Positions 18,624 through 27,422 of a stretch of DNA of 34,518 nt are shown one piece after another (within the stretch, counting starts at the first letter, position 1; each line of letters opens with the position of its first letter). A model generated the notes under the pieces. The model ran no database searches. It had not been told where the DNA came from and worked only from the letters and a program-made list of their open reading frames with translations. Both the position numbers and the translations under genes were made by a program. The stretch is from a virus. Lineage: Duplodnaviria; Caudoviricetes. Where the stretch lies: positions 1 through 34,518 of IMG/VR virus record IMGVR_UViG_3300016466_000164, one strand, 5' to 3'.

Positions 18624-19313
18624 TTAGAGGTTTGGATTGTACCTGCCCTCTTTTTTCGCCTTCAGGATTTCGTCCTTGAATTTGGCGAACTGTGTCACAG
18701 ACATTGCTTTGACTTCGGAACCCGTCCACACCTTCTTTTCAGGGGGTAGGTTTTCTTGGCTGTTCGGAAGTCCGACATCCAGCGAGGCATCCACTTGCGA
18801 GCCTTTTTTCGTGACGCGGGATGTGTACAGCTCCAGAACGGAGATCACATCTTCTGCGTCGTCACTGGCCAGCAAGGCTTTCACCCGCTTTGTCTGTGCT
18901 TCCAGCCAAGTCTTGAATTGATCCGAGTGGCGAATAGCGATTGCGTCTGGAAATCTGCGCAAGACTTTCTCGCGTGCTTCCTTCATAGCAACTTCTTTTC
19001 GGGTCTTCTCAACTTCCTTGTCAGGACTTTCGTCTGTGCCCGTAGAGACTGACAGGCGTTCAATAGTTTTTTCAAGTTCAGCAATACGCTGTTCAAACTC
19101 TTTTTTCTGTTTATCAGAAGCGGAGCGAAGATGTGCGTAACGCTGCGCCCAATCTTGGTTGTCGTCGTAACGTTTACGATCAGGGTCTCCTGAAACAGCG
19201 GTGGCCTTATCGGGGGCTGCGGGAGAGTTATCTGCTCTCTGGTTCGTTGACTCTGGCACCATCACTGCTTGTTCAACAGGAGCGGTGGTGAAGCTCATAT
19301 CGAGAATTGGCAT
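18624..19313 (-). CDS. Capsid scaffolding protein (229 aa; start re-called to 19313)
   Basis: GAGGAA RBS; coiled coil 'WAQRYAHLR...'; C-terminal 'MSVTQFAKFKDEILKAKKEGR'; directly upstream of the MCP. Confidence 0.75.
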   Translation of the reverse strand: MPILDMSFTTAPVEQAVMVPESTNQRADNSPAAPDKATAVSGDPDRKRYDDNQDWAQRYAHLRSASDKQKKEFEQRIAELEKTIERLSVSTGTDESPDKEVEKTRKEVAMKEAREKVLRRFPDAIAIRHSDQFKTWLEAQTKRVKALLASDDAEDVISVLELYTSRVTKKGSQVDASLDVGLPNSQENLPPEKKVWTGSEVKAMSVTQFAKFKDEILKAKKEGRYNPNL

Positions 19314-19335
19314 TATTTCCTCATCAGGGTTTGTC

Positions 19336-19866
19336 TTACGACAAAGTGGCTGCGGGTGCATTTGCCTGTTGCACCGGGGCACTCATTTGAGCAGTAGCCG
19401 GGCTTTGTTGTGGTTGCGGTTGTGGTGAAGGTTGTTGGCCTTCAGGCGGGGCTTGCCCTTCTTCCTGTTGGCCTTGTTGATACATCTTTTGGAACTCTGC
19501 CCGATCCATCGGGACAAGGATCACAGATTCATCAACAAACGGGCGGAGAGCCTCACCAACGGCTCTGCCAGTAATCAGCGTGAGCATCGCCCACGTTTCC
19601 GGCGTCAGATTCGCCTGAATCCAGTTCTTCTGCTCATCGGTCAGTGACGCAATGTGCTCAAGAACATTCTGCCGGAGTGTTTCATCATCAGGGCCGAGTG
19701 CTTCCTCTTGCGGCTGTTCAGGGGCCATGCCTGCATCAGCGCCGGGTTCCATTGGCCCTTGCCCCATCTCGCCTTCTGGTGCAGTATCCTGCTCCATTGG
19801 CATGTCTTCTTCTGTCACGGGGGCTTCCCCGCCGAGCATATCTTCTTTCATCGGGATTGATTCCAC
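19336..19866 (-). CDS. Acidic, Pro/Gln-rich hypothetical protein (176 aa)
   Basis: GTG start with GAG upstream; fills the gap between neighbours. Confidence 0.6.
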   Translation of the reverse strand: MESIPMKEDMLGGEAPVTEEDMPMEQDTAPEGEMGQGPMEPGADAGMAPEQPQEEALGPDDETLRQNVLEHIASLTDEQKNWIQANLTPETWAMLTLITGRAVGEALRPFVDESVILVPMDRAEFQKMYQQGQQEEGQAPPEGQQPSPQPQPQQSPATAQMSAPVQQANAPAATLS

Positions 19867-21050
19867 GTTCTCAAAAATTCTTCAAAGGACTGGTCATCCG
19901 TGATCGTGCCTATACTGCTTCCGCCACCTGATCCTGCTTGTGGCATATCCTCGCGGTTTAGTCCAAACTCAAGGTCATCGAGAAAATCGCTGACGCTCTT
20001 TGCCTTTGAGTTCAGAATGCGGTCGCGGTACTTCTGCTCAATGGAGAGTCCTTGGCTTGTAGCAAGACGATTAGCAATTCCGCGCACCGCTTGGTTCTGA
20101 AGGGTGTCAAAGTCACCGACGCCATACGATCCGAGTGTCTGGCGCTGTCCCCCTTCGACTGGGGCACCAGACGCCTGTTGCAATGGATCAAGGTGGAACT
20201 GCGTGGCATCCCTGCTGCTCACCTCAAAAGACATCCGGTTAAACCCAAGGTTCTGTTGCATGAACCCGGTGTCCTCAAAAATCTTGTCCTCTAGTTTCAG
20301 GATGGTCTGCATACGGTCAACAGAAGAAACAATGCGCCCCTTCTGCTCCTGCCATGCGCCGACGTTATCCTGCCCCTTCGACTCAAACCCATACATCTTG
20401 CCTGTGAACGGGTCAAACCCGCCCCCGGCAGCCTTTCCTGACGGCTTTTTATTCCCAAACAGCCCGCCGATTGCAGAGCCTGCAATTCCTGCCAAAAGAA
20501 GGCCCACTGGCCCCAGTCCTGCGGCAAGGCCGATTCCAACCCCGACAGCTCCGCCTATGCCGCTGCCAGTCGGATTTCCGCCGGTGACTTTGGACATCAT
20601 CGTGCCGCCAAAATAACCCAGAGCCATTGGCCCGGCATAAGCAGCAATCGTCCCCAGTGCAGCTCCAGCACCGGCAGCAGCGGAGCCAAGGGTGCCCGTA
20701 GCAGCAGCCCCAGAAGATACTGATGGCAAGGCGCTGAATCCAAGTGCGCCGCCGGTTGCATAAGCGCCGGTGCCAACGGAGGCTAAGTATCCTTTAACTG
20801 CACTGACCGCAGCCTTGCCAATGTATTTTGCGGCAAGTGATTGACCAACTTGGCCAACCATCTCCCCTGTTCCGGACTGTTTGACCGATGGGAGATTAAC
20901 CACAGTTGACTGGGGGGTAATGCTTGTGTACTGTTGCGCGGGAGAAGGAGCAAAGACCGGCGCCGTGACAGGGGACACCTGCACAGGAACGGCCTGAATC
21001 CCCGTAGCTACGGGGGCCTGTTCAATCGCGCTTGGTTGCAACCCGTTCAA
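19848..21050 (-). CDS. Gly/Ala-rich putative virion/ejection protein (400 aa; start uncertain)
   Basis: Long GxxxG hydrophobic tract 'GSGIGGAVGVGIGLAAGLGPVGLLLAGIAGSAIGGLFG'. Confidence 0.65.
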   Translation of the reverse strand: MNGLQPSAIEQAPVATGIQAVPVQVSPVTAPVFAPSPAQQYTSITPQSTVVNLPSVKQSGTGEMVGQVGQSLAAKYIGKAAVSAVKGYLASVGTGAYATGGALGFSALPSVSSGAAATGTLGSAAAGAGAALGTIAAYAGPMALGYFGGTMMSKVTGGNPTGSGIGGAVGVGIGLAAGLGPVGLLLAGIAGSAIGGLFGNKKPSGKAAGGGFDPFTGKMYGFESKGQDNVGAWQEQKGRIVSSVDRMQTILKLEDKIFEDTGFMQQNLGFNRMSFEVSSRDATQFHLDPLQQASGAPVEGGQRQTLGSYGVGDFDTLQNQAVRGIANRLATSQGLSIEQKYRDRILNSKAKSVSDFLDDLEFGLNREDMPQAGSGGGSSIGTITDDQSFEEFLRTWNQSR

Positions 21051-21252
21051 TGTTTTGCCTCAACGTCTTTTTAAGCGTTACCAGAAAAGCCAGCTTCCCC
21101 TGGCATCGGAGAAGCTCCGACTCCGATTGTGCCGCCACCACTTCCGGTAACGTCTCTTGGATTAACGCCTCCAGTAGCGCCTCCACCTTCCCCCATCTGT
21201 CCTCCGACAGAAGGAACGCCAGCTCCCTCAGGGCCTTGTTTTTGTCCTGCAT
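21022..21252 (-). CDS. Small helical protein overlapping the portal 3' end (76 aa)
   Basis: ATG start; 'ELLRCQGKLAFLVTLK' resembles the small gene usually found after portal in such phages. Confidence 0.6.
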   Translation of the reverse strand: MQDKNKALRELAFLLSEDRWGKVEALLEALIQETLPEVVAAQSESELLRCQGKLAFLVTLKKTLRQNIERVATKRD

Positions 21253-23236
21253 TCAGTGCCATCATGTAAAGCATCGCCTGTTGCGGATCGTTGATGACCT
21301 TATCTGGGTCAAGATCAAGGCTCCGCGCAATCTCTTTGATGATTTCAGGCCAGTTGATGAAAGGTGCCATGATCTGATTCGCACCCACCTGCACCAGTGA
21401 AAGCAGGCGTTGCGTCTTGATCTCTTTTTGCAACAGGGCAGTCGTGCCCTTAGCTACTATCTTGAGGTCGCCAACGACTTCAAGATCGTCGGAAAACTGC
21501 ATATTCCAATGGAAATACCCTTGCCCCAGCGGCTCAAGTAGGTACTGGTCAATGTTGCGGATGACCTTCTTGATGTTCAGTGCCGCAGCACCCATCAGCA
21601 TAGACATCCCGGAAGCCGTCCGCGTGGTCCCGCTGACTCCCGTTGCGCCATGACTATAGCTGTAAATTCCGGTGGATTCGTCAGCCAGCTGCCGCGCCTT
21701 GTCGAACATCTGGATGTGCGCCGGGGCGGTGTTGTTAAAGCTGATCGAGTAAATGCTCTGGCCGGGGGCACCGCCTTGGCGGAAGAACATCTTTCCGGGA
21801 TAAATTGTCATATCCTGTCCAGGGGACAGGTTTGTCTCATCCACCTCAAAGACACAAGACCCAGCAAATTTCAAGTTATCCAGCGCCGCACGATAATGCG
21901 TGTTCATCGCGGCTTGCGTATCGCTCATGTTCTCCGGAACACCAATGCCCCAAATTTGGGCCGGGTGGCGTTCATACGGAAACATTTGGTACGGGATGCG
22001 GGAAGGCGTAAACGGATTTACGACAACGCGAAGAACTTCGTCCTTGGCAACCCACACATTCACATGGATTGTGTCGGCAGTGCGGTATTCATCCGGGATG
22101 CTGACCTCAAGGGCTTCCAGCGTCTCACGATCCAGTGTACCCCAGTACTCAATGATTTCATACCGCAGCGGCTTGGCCGAGATATTGGAGTCGTCCAGTT
22201 GGTAATCCCACGTTTCCGTGAGAGCCTCCGGCGCTGTGTCAAGAATGCGTTGCACCGCCATCTTGTCAAAGAACGGGCGGTTCAGGAGTTCCCTGACCTT
22301 GCTCGGCCCCAGAAGGTGCCGCTCGATCAGGTATTCACACTCGTGAATAGAAGTCGCTTCCGGGTCTGGGAACAGGTTCCAGATGGTGACAAACTGCGCC
22401 TTAGGGCACAGTTTCTTTACCGGCATGTACACCCTTTGCCCGGTCGCTTTGTCTTTTTCCCAGGCTGGGGTGGTTTCCCATACGGAGAACGGCCCTTTGA
22501 TTGCCCCTGTGCCATAAATTACTTGCTCCTGTGTTGCTTTGATGAGATCATCTACCAGGCGCGTTTCCTCGATCTGATCGTGGATGCGCCGTTCCATCCG
22601 ATACGCCGCTTCATCTGCTGGATGAACCTGCGGAATCTTGGTTTTATCAGGACTAGGCCCTTCTTTCCACTTTCCAGCAATGGAGCCAAACTTACGTTTA
22701 ATCGTATCTCCAAATCCAGAAAGCAGGGTTGCCGTTGTGGCCCCACGCGGAATCTCTTTGCCATCGCCGGGGAATCCGTAGATGTCCTGCGGCTCTGGCG
22801 CAGCCTGTTCCGGTGCCAAGTGTACGACATCCGCCACTCCTTCGGGAATCGGGGTCGGCTTGACGCCAACCGGGAACTTGTTGTCGCTAAGGAGGACTTC
22901 CAGAATCTGAGCGTGAGCAGCTTCGCTTTTGGTTTTCGTGATCTTGATAAAGATTTCCGAAACCATAGGATTGTACTGGCGAAGCTGCGCCATGTTTGCC
23001 GCTTCCTCGGCAGACAAATCCCCGCGCCATGCCCGCAGCGCCTCTAGCCAACGCTGTTCATGCGGGTTGCGGGCGTCCTTGGCAATCGTGTACCTATCGC
23101 GCACAAACGAGTGTACGCGCTGAAACCGCGCTTTCTTTTCATACTCACGCGGGCTGTACGCCTCCGGGGAAGCCGAAACGACCTCCTGCTTGCCCGCAGC
23201 AAGCATATCCTCAGAAAGATCGGTCTCCAAGTCCAT
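21071..23236 (-). CDS. Portal protein (721 aa)
   Basis: 'EQRWLEALRAWRG', 'IFIKITKTK', 'YGTGAIKGPF', 'WNLFPDP', 'IWGIGVPENM.DTQ', 'RTASGMSMLMGAA'; follows terminase. Confidence 0.9.
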   Translation of the reverse strand: MDLETDLSEDMLAAGKQEVVSASPEAYSPREYEKKARFQRVHSFVRDRYTIAKDARNPHEQRWLEALRAWRGDLSAEEAANMAQLRQYNPMVSEIFIKITKTKSEAAHAQILEVLLSDNKFPVGVKPTPIPEGVADVVHLAPEQAAPEPQDIYGFPGDGKEIPRGATTATLLSGFGDTIKRKFGSIAGKWKEGPSPDKTKIPQVHPADEAAYRMERRIHDQIEETRLVDDLIKATQEQVIYGTGAIKGPFSVWETTPAWEKDKATGQRVYMPVKKLCPKAQFVTIWNLFPDPEATSIHECEYLIERHLLGPSKVRELLNRPFFDKMAVQRILDTAPEALTETWDYQLDDSNISAKPLRYEIIEYWGTLDRETLEALEVSIPDEYRTADTIHVNVWVAKDEVLRVVVNPFTPSRIPYQMFPYERHPAQIWGIGVPENMSDTQAAMNTHYRAALDNLKFAGSCVFEVDETNLSPGQDMTIYPGKMFFRQGGAPGQSIYSISFNNTAPAHIQMFDKARQLADESTGIYSYSHGATGVSGTTRTASGMSMLMGAAALNIKKVIRNIDQYLLEPLGQGYFHWNMQFSDDLEVVGDLKIVAKGTTALLQKEIKTQRLLSLVQVGANQIMAPFINWPEIIKEIARSLDLDPDKVINDPQQAMLYMMALNAGQKQGPEGAGVPSVGGQMGEGGGATGGVNPRDVTGSGGGTIGVGASPMPGEAGFSGNA

Positions 23237-23238
23237 TA

Positions 23239-23472
23239 TCAGCCAACCAGCTTATTTGCGCCGCCAGTCGGAAGCGTCATATTTTTCTTCGACGCGCCCT
23301 TCTTCGGCATCCCCTTCATCAGGGCGTTGCCTTCGGAAGATTTCAGCGACGATGCCATATTCATCTTGCCATCCGGCTGCTTTTTTGGCATAGTCTTGAA
23401 GAACGTGTTTTCACAGCACGCTGTCAGGTTCATGGTGCCGGACGATCCGCCAGCAGGGAAGGGTGCGTTCAT
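23239..23472 (-). CDS. Small basic hypothetical protein (77 aa)
   Basis: Exactly fills the terL-portal gap; AGGA upstream. Confidence 0.55.
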   Translation of the reverse strand: MNAPFPAGGSSGTMNLTACCENTFFKTMPKKQPDGKMNMASSLKSSEGNALMKGMPKKGASKKNMTLPTGGANKLVG

Positions 23473-23473
23473 T

Positions 23474-25984
23474 CTAGTATCCTGTCTTTCTGTTTAGGAT
23501 GACTGGGGGTTGCGGGCGTATTAATCGCCCTCGGTCAGAGAATAGGCTTGTTTTTACCGGGCGGCTCGCTAGCCCATAGCGCATGGCATCGTAGCAGTTT
23601 TTGACGAGTATCCCTCCGCAGATGGAGAAGCATCCCGTCTTAGGCACAGTCAGGCAGTACACATCCGCTTTGCCTGCTGGCTCTATCTTTACGCAAACTT
23701 GCTGCGCATTTTTTGCTGCAAGTCTGTTGTTGCTTTCCATATTTGTAGCGCAAAAAACTCGTCGAGCAAACCAGGCAACTGACTTGCGTGTAGTAGTCTT
23801 CTTTCGCTCTTGCGGCCCTAGACTTACAGGCGTTACTGCAAAATTTTCCCCTTCCGATTTTTTCGCAAGACTTCCCGCATACTTGGCACACGATGCCCAC
23901 AATTTTGTGTAGTAGGTGCTTATACCTTTCATACTGTTCCCGGTGCCAGTTTCTTCCAGCTTCGCTTCTGTGCCACTCTGCGGCACCCTCTTTTGCAAAC
24001 TGGATAGCATACTGCCCGTTTTTCCGTAGAACGTCAGAATGCCTGTCAGACAAGTGATCGTGGTGAGACACTGCTTCCAGATTCTCTGGGGAGTTGTTTG
24101 CTCGGTCCCCATCAATGTGATGAACGTGGAACCCTTGGGGGATGTCGCCGAAGTTTTCTTGCCAGACTTTTCTGTGCAGTCTAATCCCGTCCCTCTGAAA
24201 GTATTTCCCACAGAGAAAATATTTTTTGCCCTGAAAAACTTGGCAAGTCTCACTGATAACTTCCGGGCGCATGGGTAACTTCCTGCGAATACATTGGTGT
24301 ACGACTTACCCAACATATCGGATGCAGAAACCCACCCTTCTTGCGACCAAAATTTGTGGTCTGGGGTGCAGGTGACTTTCTTTCCATCTGCAAAAGTGAG
24401 CGTGACAACATCTGCACTTTTTCGAGTAAGTCTCCTATTGTAATACACTTCTTCCCTTCCGTCAACAGAGAAGACTATCCCCTTGTCGCTTGGAAGAAGT
24501 TCTATTGGGATTTGCCCCTGTGGGGTATCTACTAAAGTGCCTGCAACAAAGCAATGGTCGGGGGCGTCCGTATCCACGTCCTCAGTATTCTTCGGATCAA
24601 GCGGGAGCGTGGAAAGCTCTTTTATAAGCTCTCTACAGGTACTGAATATCTTCAGCCTTGGCTCCGCCGTGTTTACATCATCCGCAAGATAATGATGCAC
24701 CAGCATCTTGCCATGCGACCGCGAACCCTTTGTCTTGTTGTCCGCTGGCCTCCAATGGCATCCTGCCCGAATCATCGTCAGGGCAGGGGATGTAGCGCCC
24801 CTGTTATCCCATGCGCTGGCGTCCAAGACGCCGTAGCTTATATCTTCTTCAGACTCTCGGAAAAGTATGTTTTCAGCAAACTTTTCCGGGCGCTCATTTG
24901 TTGCGCCATACTCGCGGTAAACATAAAGAGTGCCACGAGGATCGACCGCAAACCAGAGACATGCCGCTCTGGAAGAGAACCCCCAGTCCGCTGCCCGAAA
25001 CTTCTTCCAGTAGTGTGGGATTGGGAAGGGGTCACAGATATGTTTCTTTTTACTGAACTCACTAAAAGCGAGGCCGTCGTCAGCATCCCAGTCTCCATCT
25101 AACCACTGCCTCCTCAGATTTTCATTGCCAAGCGATTGAAGCTGCGCAATGTATTGTGGATCGCGTTTCAGTGACGGGTTGTTGAATACCGTCGAGTTAA
25201 TAGCTTTGCGGCTCAGGTTTACTACCTTACCGCCGATATTATACTCGACATCAAACTTATTCATTAAGAAAAAGTTTTCATCACTGTCTTCATCAATATA
25301 TTCCACCTTTTCCAGCGGAGCAGGGTCAATGAATCTTGCTTTAACCCAATGCTTACCAACGCCGGAAGGGTTGGCCGTGAGCCGGACACACTTTTTAATA
25401 TCGCTTTTGCTGCTTCGGATGGACATCAGCAGCTTTTGGTATGGTTCTTCCTCCGAGAGCTGGCATACCTCGTCAATGCCCAGCCATGAGAACTCAAGCC
25501 CTTGATAACGCTCAACATCTGCGTCTGTTTCAAAATACCCGCACCAGAGGAAACCGCCTGCGGGAAAAATAAACTTCTTATCCTGCTCTCGCCACTTTGT
25601 ACCTGGAACGGCTTTGAAGAACAGGCTTTTGCAGCGTTCGATAAGCTGCTCCAAGTCCTTTAACATCTTCCTAAGCAGCAGCCCCTTGAAGTCCGGGTGA
25701 TGCACATAATGCAACATGTCAGCAATCAGGGCGTGGGACTTTGCTGATCCCCTTCCGCCTGAATGGAGGACTTCAAACTCGCCCGCCTCAAGAAAAGCCG
25801 TCTGGGGGCCAAGGTGCGGTCTGAAGATGTACTCCACATCATTTTTAACCATGTGACCAGAAGAAGTGAACGACACCTCATCCGGCTGTTCTGGTACAAT
25901 AGCGACAGCCTGTTTCTTTGGCTGTGCTTTAGTCCTCGTCTTCGGTAATAGATGTGATCGCTTTACCGGAGGTGAGTTCTTCAT
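23474..25984 (-). CDS. terL: Terminase large subunit precursor containing an intein (836 aa; 517 aa after splicing)
   Basis: Walker A 'GGRGSAKS', Walker B 'WLGIDE', 'LTANPSG', nuclease 'AADWGF'; the motif DH-CYDAMRY is restored on intein removal. Confidence 0.93.
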   Translation of the reverse strand: MKNSPPVKRSHLLPKTRTKAQPKKQAVAIVPEQPDEVSFTSSGHMVKNDVEYIFRPHLGPQTAFLEAGEFEVLHSGGRGSAKSHALIADMLHYVHHPDFKGLLLRKMLKDLEQLIERCKSLFFKAVPGTKWREQDKKFIFPAGGFLWCGYFETDADVERYQGLEFSWLGIDEVCQLSEEEPYQKLLMSIRSSKSDIKKCVRLTANPSGVGKHWVKARFIDPAPLEKVEYIDEDSDENFFLMNKFDVEYNIGGKVVNLSRKAINSTVFNNPSLKRDPQYIAQLQSLGNENLRRQWLDGDWDADDGLAFSEFSKKKHICDPFPIPHYWKKFRAADWGFSSRAACLWFAVDPRGTLYVYREYGATNERPEKFAENILFRESEEDISYGVLDASAWDNRGATSPALTMIRAGCHWRPADNKTKGSRSHGKMLVHHYLADDVNTAEPRLKIFSTCRELIKELSTLPLDPKNTEDVDTDAPDHCFVAGTLVDTPQGQIPIELLPSDKGIVFSVDGREEVYYNRRLTRKSADVVTLTFADGKKVTCTPDHKFWSQEGWVSASDMLGKSYTNVFAGSYPCARKLSVRLAKFFRAKNIFSVGNTFRGTGLDCTEKSGKKTSATSPKGSTFITLMGTEQTTPQRIWKQCLTTITCLTGILTFYGKTGSMLSSLQKRVPQSGTEAKLEETGTGNSMKGISTYYTKLWASCAKYAGSLAKKSEGENFAVTPVSLGPQERKKTTTRKSVAWFARRVFCATNMESNNRLAAKNAQQVCVKIEPAGKADVYCLTVPKTGCFSICGGILVKNCYDAMRYGLASRPVKTSLFSDRGRLIRPQPPVILNRKTGY
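23597..24553 (-). mobile_element. Intein in TerL (aa 478-796, 319 aa)
   Basis: Block A 'CFVAGTLVDTPQGQIPIE', block B 'VTCTPDHKFW', block F 'ADVYCLTV', C-terminal 'GILVKN' followed by Cys+1. Confidence 0.92.
23640..24272 (-). CDS. HNH endonuclease with two C-terminal Cys4 zinc-finger-like modules, nested out of frame in the intein (210 aa)
   Basis: 'LHRKVWQENFGDIPQGFHVHHIDGDRANNSPENLE'; CQVC...FCSNAC and CLVC...TCSKKC; own ATG with AGGAAG 6 nt upstream. Confidence 0.88.
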   Translation of the reverse strand: MRPEVISETCQVFQGKKYFLCGKYFQRDGIRLHRKVWQENFGDIPQGFHVHHIDGDRANNSPENLEAVSHHDHLSDRHSDVLRKNGQYAIQFAKEGAAEWHRSEAGRNWHREQYERYKHLLHKIVGIVCQVCGKSCEKIGRGKFCSNACKSRAARAKEDYYTQVSCLVCSTSFLRYKYGKQQQTCSKKCAASLRKDRASRQSGCVLPDCA

Positions 25985-26312
25985 AGAGTTTCTGCCGTTC
26001 TTCCCGCGACTTCTTCCAGCAACAGTTAAACGGTGGCCTGTTTTGCATGATCTTCTGGAAGGCGCTGAGGTTCAGCGGTATCCCTGTTTCAGTCTGTAGC
26101 CAATTCAGCGTATCCCGCTGAGAACAATTTTCTTTCAGATATTGCAGCGCCTGTTGCACTGCTTTAAATACTTTTTCATCCGGCTCAAGCCACCCGTCGT
26201 CCGCCTCAATATACCCGTACGGGATTGTGCGGGCCATTTTACGCACCGGAAGCCCAAAACGATACCGAACGGTATTATCAAGCTCCAGCGGACTTTGCGG
26301 CTTGACCCTCAT
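25929..26312 (-). CDS. Conserved terminase-adjacent protein, possibly HTH DNA-binding (127 aa)
   Basis: 'ARTIPYGY...LEPD...SQRDTLNWLQTETG'; ATGA-coupled to the upstream gene. Confidence 0.7.
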   Translation of the reverse strand: MRVKPQSPLELDNTVRYRFGLPVRKMARTIPYGYIEADDGWLEPDEKVFKAVQQALQYLKENCSQRDTLNWLQTETGIPLNLSAFQKIMQNRPPFNCCWKKSREERQKLYEELTSGKAITSITEDED

Positions 26313-26677
26313 TCTTCCTTCTTGGCCGGAAGGATCACAATGCCCGTCGGGGCCTGCACCGTAATATCCAGTGCGTCCTTCTTGACCAATCCGGCACGAT
26401 CCAGAATGTCCCCCGCAACCTTGCGGATATTTTCCGAGTTAGGGGGCGGGTTATCCAGCAAATTCACCAGTTGCGCAGCGGCTTTGGGCGTCTTGCGCTT
26501 CAGAAACTTGGCCGTGTACTCAAGGATGGTCGTCTCGTCGATGCTGTTTGCAATCGCAGAAACGTCCGTGGTCTCTGAATACCCAGCCTTTTTCGCGGCA
26601 AGTGTGTAGTTCCCGTTGACATCTGAGTCGAACAGGGCCTCTACAAATTTGCGTTGCTTCTCTGTAAGCTGCTGCAT
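26309..26677 (-). CDS. terS: Terminase small subunit-like protein (122 aa)
   Basis: 'LTEKQRKFVEALF...AAKKAGYS' N-terminus, 'DILDRAGLVK', 'GIVILPAK'. Confidence 0.72.
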   Translation of the reverse strand: MQQLTEKQRKFVEALFDSDVNGNYTLAAKKAGYSETTDVSAIANSIDETTILEYTAKFLKRKTPKAAAQLVNLLDNPPPNSENIRKVAGDILDRAGLVKKDALDITVQAPTGIVILPAKKEE

Positions 26678-26683
26678 TTTAAT

Positions 26684-26712
26684 ATATTAGCACAGTTTTT
26701 TCTAAAAATCAA
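26684..26712 (-). promoter_or_regulatory. Putative sigma70 promoter for the packaging operon
   Basis: TTGATT (26712-26707), 17 nt, TAATAT (26689-26684) preceded by TG; the ATG is only 6 nt downstream. Confidence 0.5.
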
Positions 26713-26719
26713 GATGTTT

Positions 26720-26965
26720 TTAGTCACGCATTGATTTTTTTCCGCGACACTTCCATTTTTTTCTTGACAGGTTATTTGGGGAGTTCGGATCGTTTTTCCA
26801 GTCCCCCTTGATTCCGGCGGAACGGGCGCAGTAGGCATCCCCTTTCTTTGTGCCGGGACGGATTCTGTCACCGCCGTCCTTGGCTTTCCCCGCCTGCCCG
26901 AAGCGCACTGTTTTCGTGCGCCCGGTTTCGGGATTCTTGACGACTTTTTTGAATCGCTTCTCCAT
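26720..26965 (-). CDS. Small basic conserved phage protein (81 aa)
   Basis: 'KTVRFGQAG...PGTKKGDAYCARSAGI...SPNNLSRKKWKC'. Confidence 0.75.
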   Translation of the reverse strand: MEKRFKKVVKNPETGRTKTVRFGQAGKAKDGGDRIRPGTKKGDAYCARSAGIKGDWKNDPNSPNNLSRKKWKCRGKKSMRD

Positions 26966-26966
26966 G

Positions 26967-27422
26967 TTACACCCCTGTTTCGCCAGACAGACGGTAAGCC
27001 GCTGCCGTGTTGTTGAAGTTGTTCCGCACGGTCAAACGGCCCTCGGCATTCTGGCTTGCGCTTTTGGTGTGGCTGCTGGCGTTGTTGCGGATAAGCCCCC
27101 AGTACCCCGTCTGTCCGCCAAGAAATGTCTGCATGGCGGAGGCGTTGGTCAGGCCGTTTGCGTCATAAGACAGTGCGGCAGAGCTGCTGTCTGCGCGGTA
27201 AACCTCTCCGGGGTTTGTGGTCCCCGTTTCCAGCCGCCGAGCAGCGGAAAACTGGTAGATTGGCGTAATTACCGGGTCTCCGCCCCCACCTCCTCCGCCT
27301 CCTCCAGCGGAAATACGCGCTTCGTGATCGACCAAAGCGTCATCAAAATGCGCTAAAATCTCCCGAATCTCTTGCACATTCGTGGTGTTTATTTTTATCG
27401 GGGATTTCGATGTGTATGTCAT
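26967..27422 (-). CDS. Hypothetical protein with poly-Gly linker (151 aa)
   Basis: ATG start, coiled N-terminus, Gly run, abuts the next gene. Confidence 0.6.
   Translation of the reverse strand: MTYTSKSPIKINTTNVQEIREILAHFDDALVDHEARISAGGGGGGGGGDPVITPIYQFSAARRLETGTTNPGEVYRADSSSAALSYDANGLTNASAMQTFLGGQTGYWGLIRNNASSHTKSASQNAEGRLTVRNNFNNTAAAYRLSGETGV

Noticed and set aside
21650-23047. 465-aa + strand ORF antisense to portal
   Set aside because: No recognisable motifs; typical antisense shadow of a codon-biased gene.
24250-24465. 71-aa ORF in the third frame of the intein
   Set aside because: Short, TTG start, no motif; likely chance.
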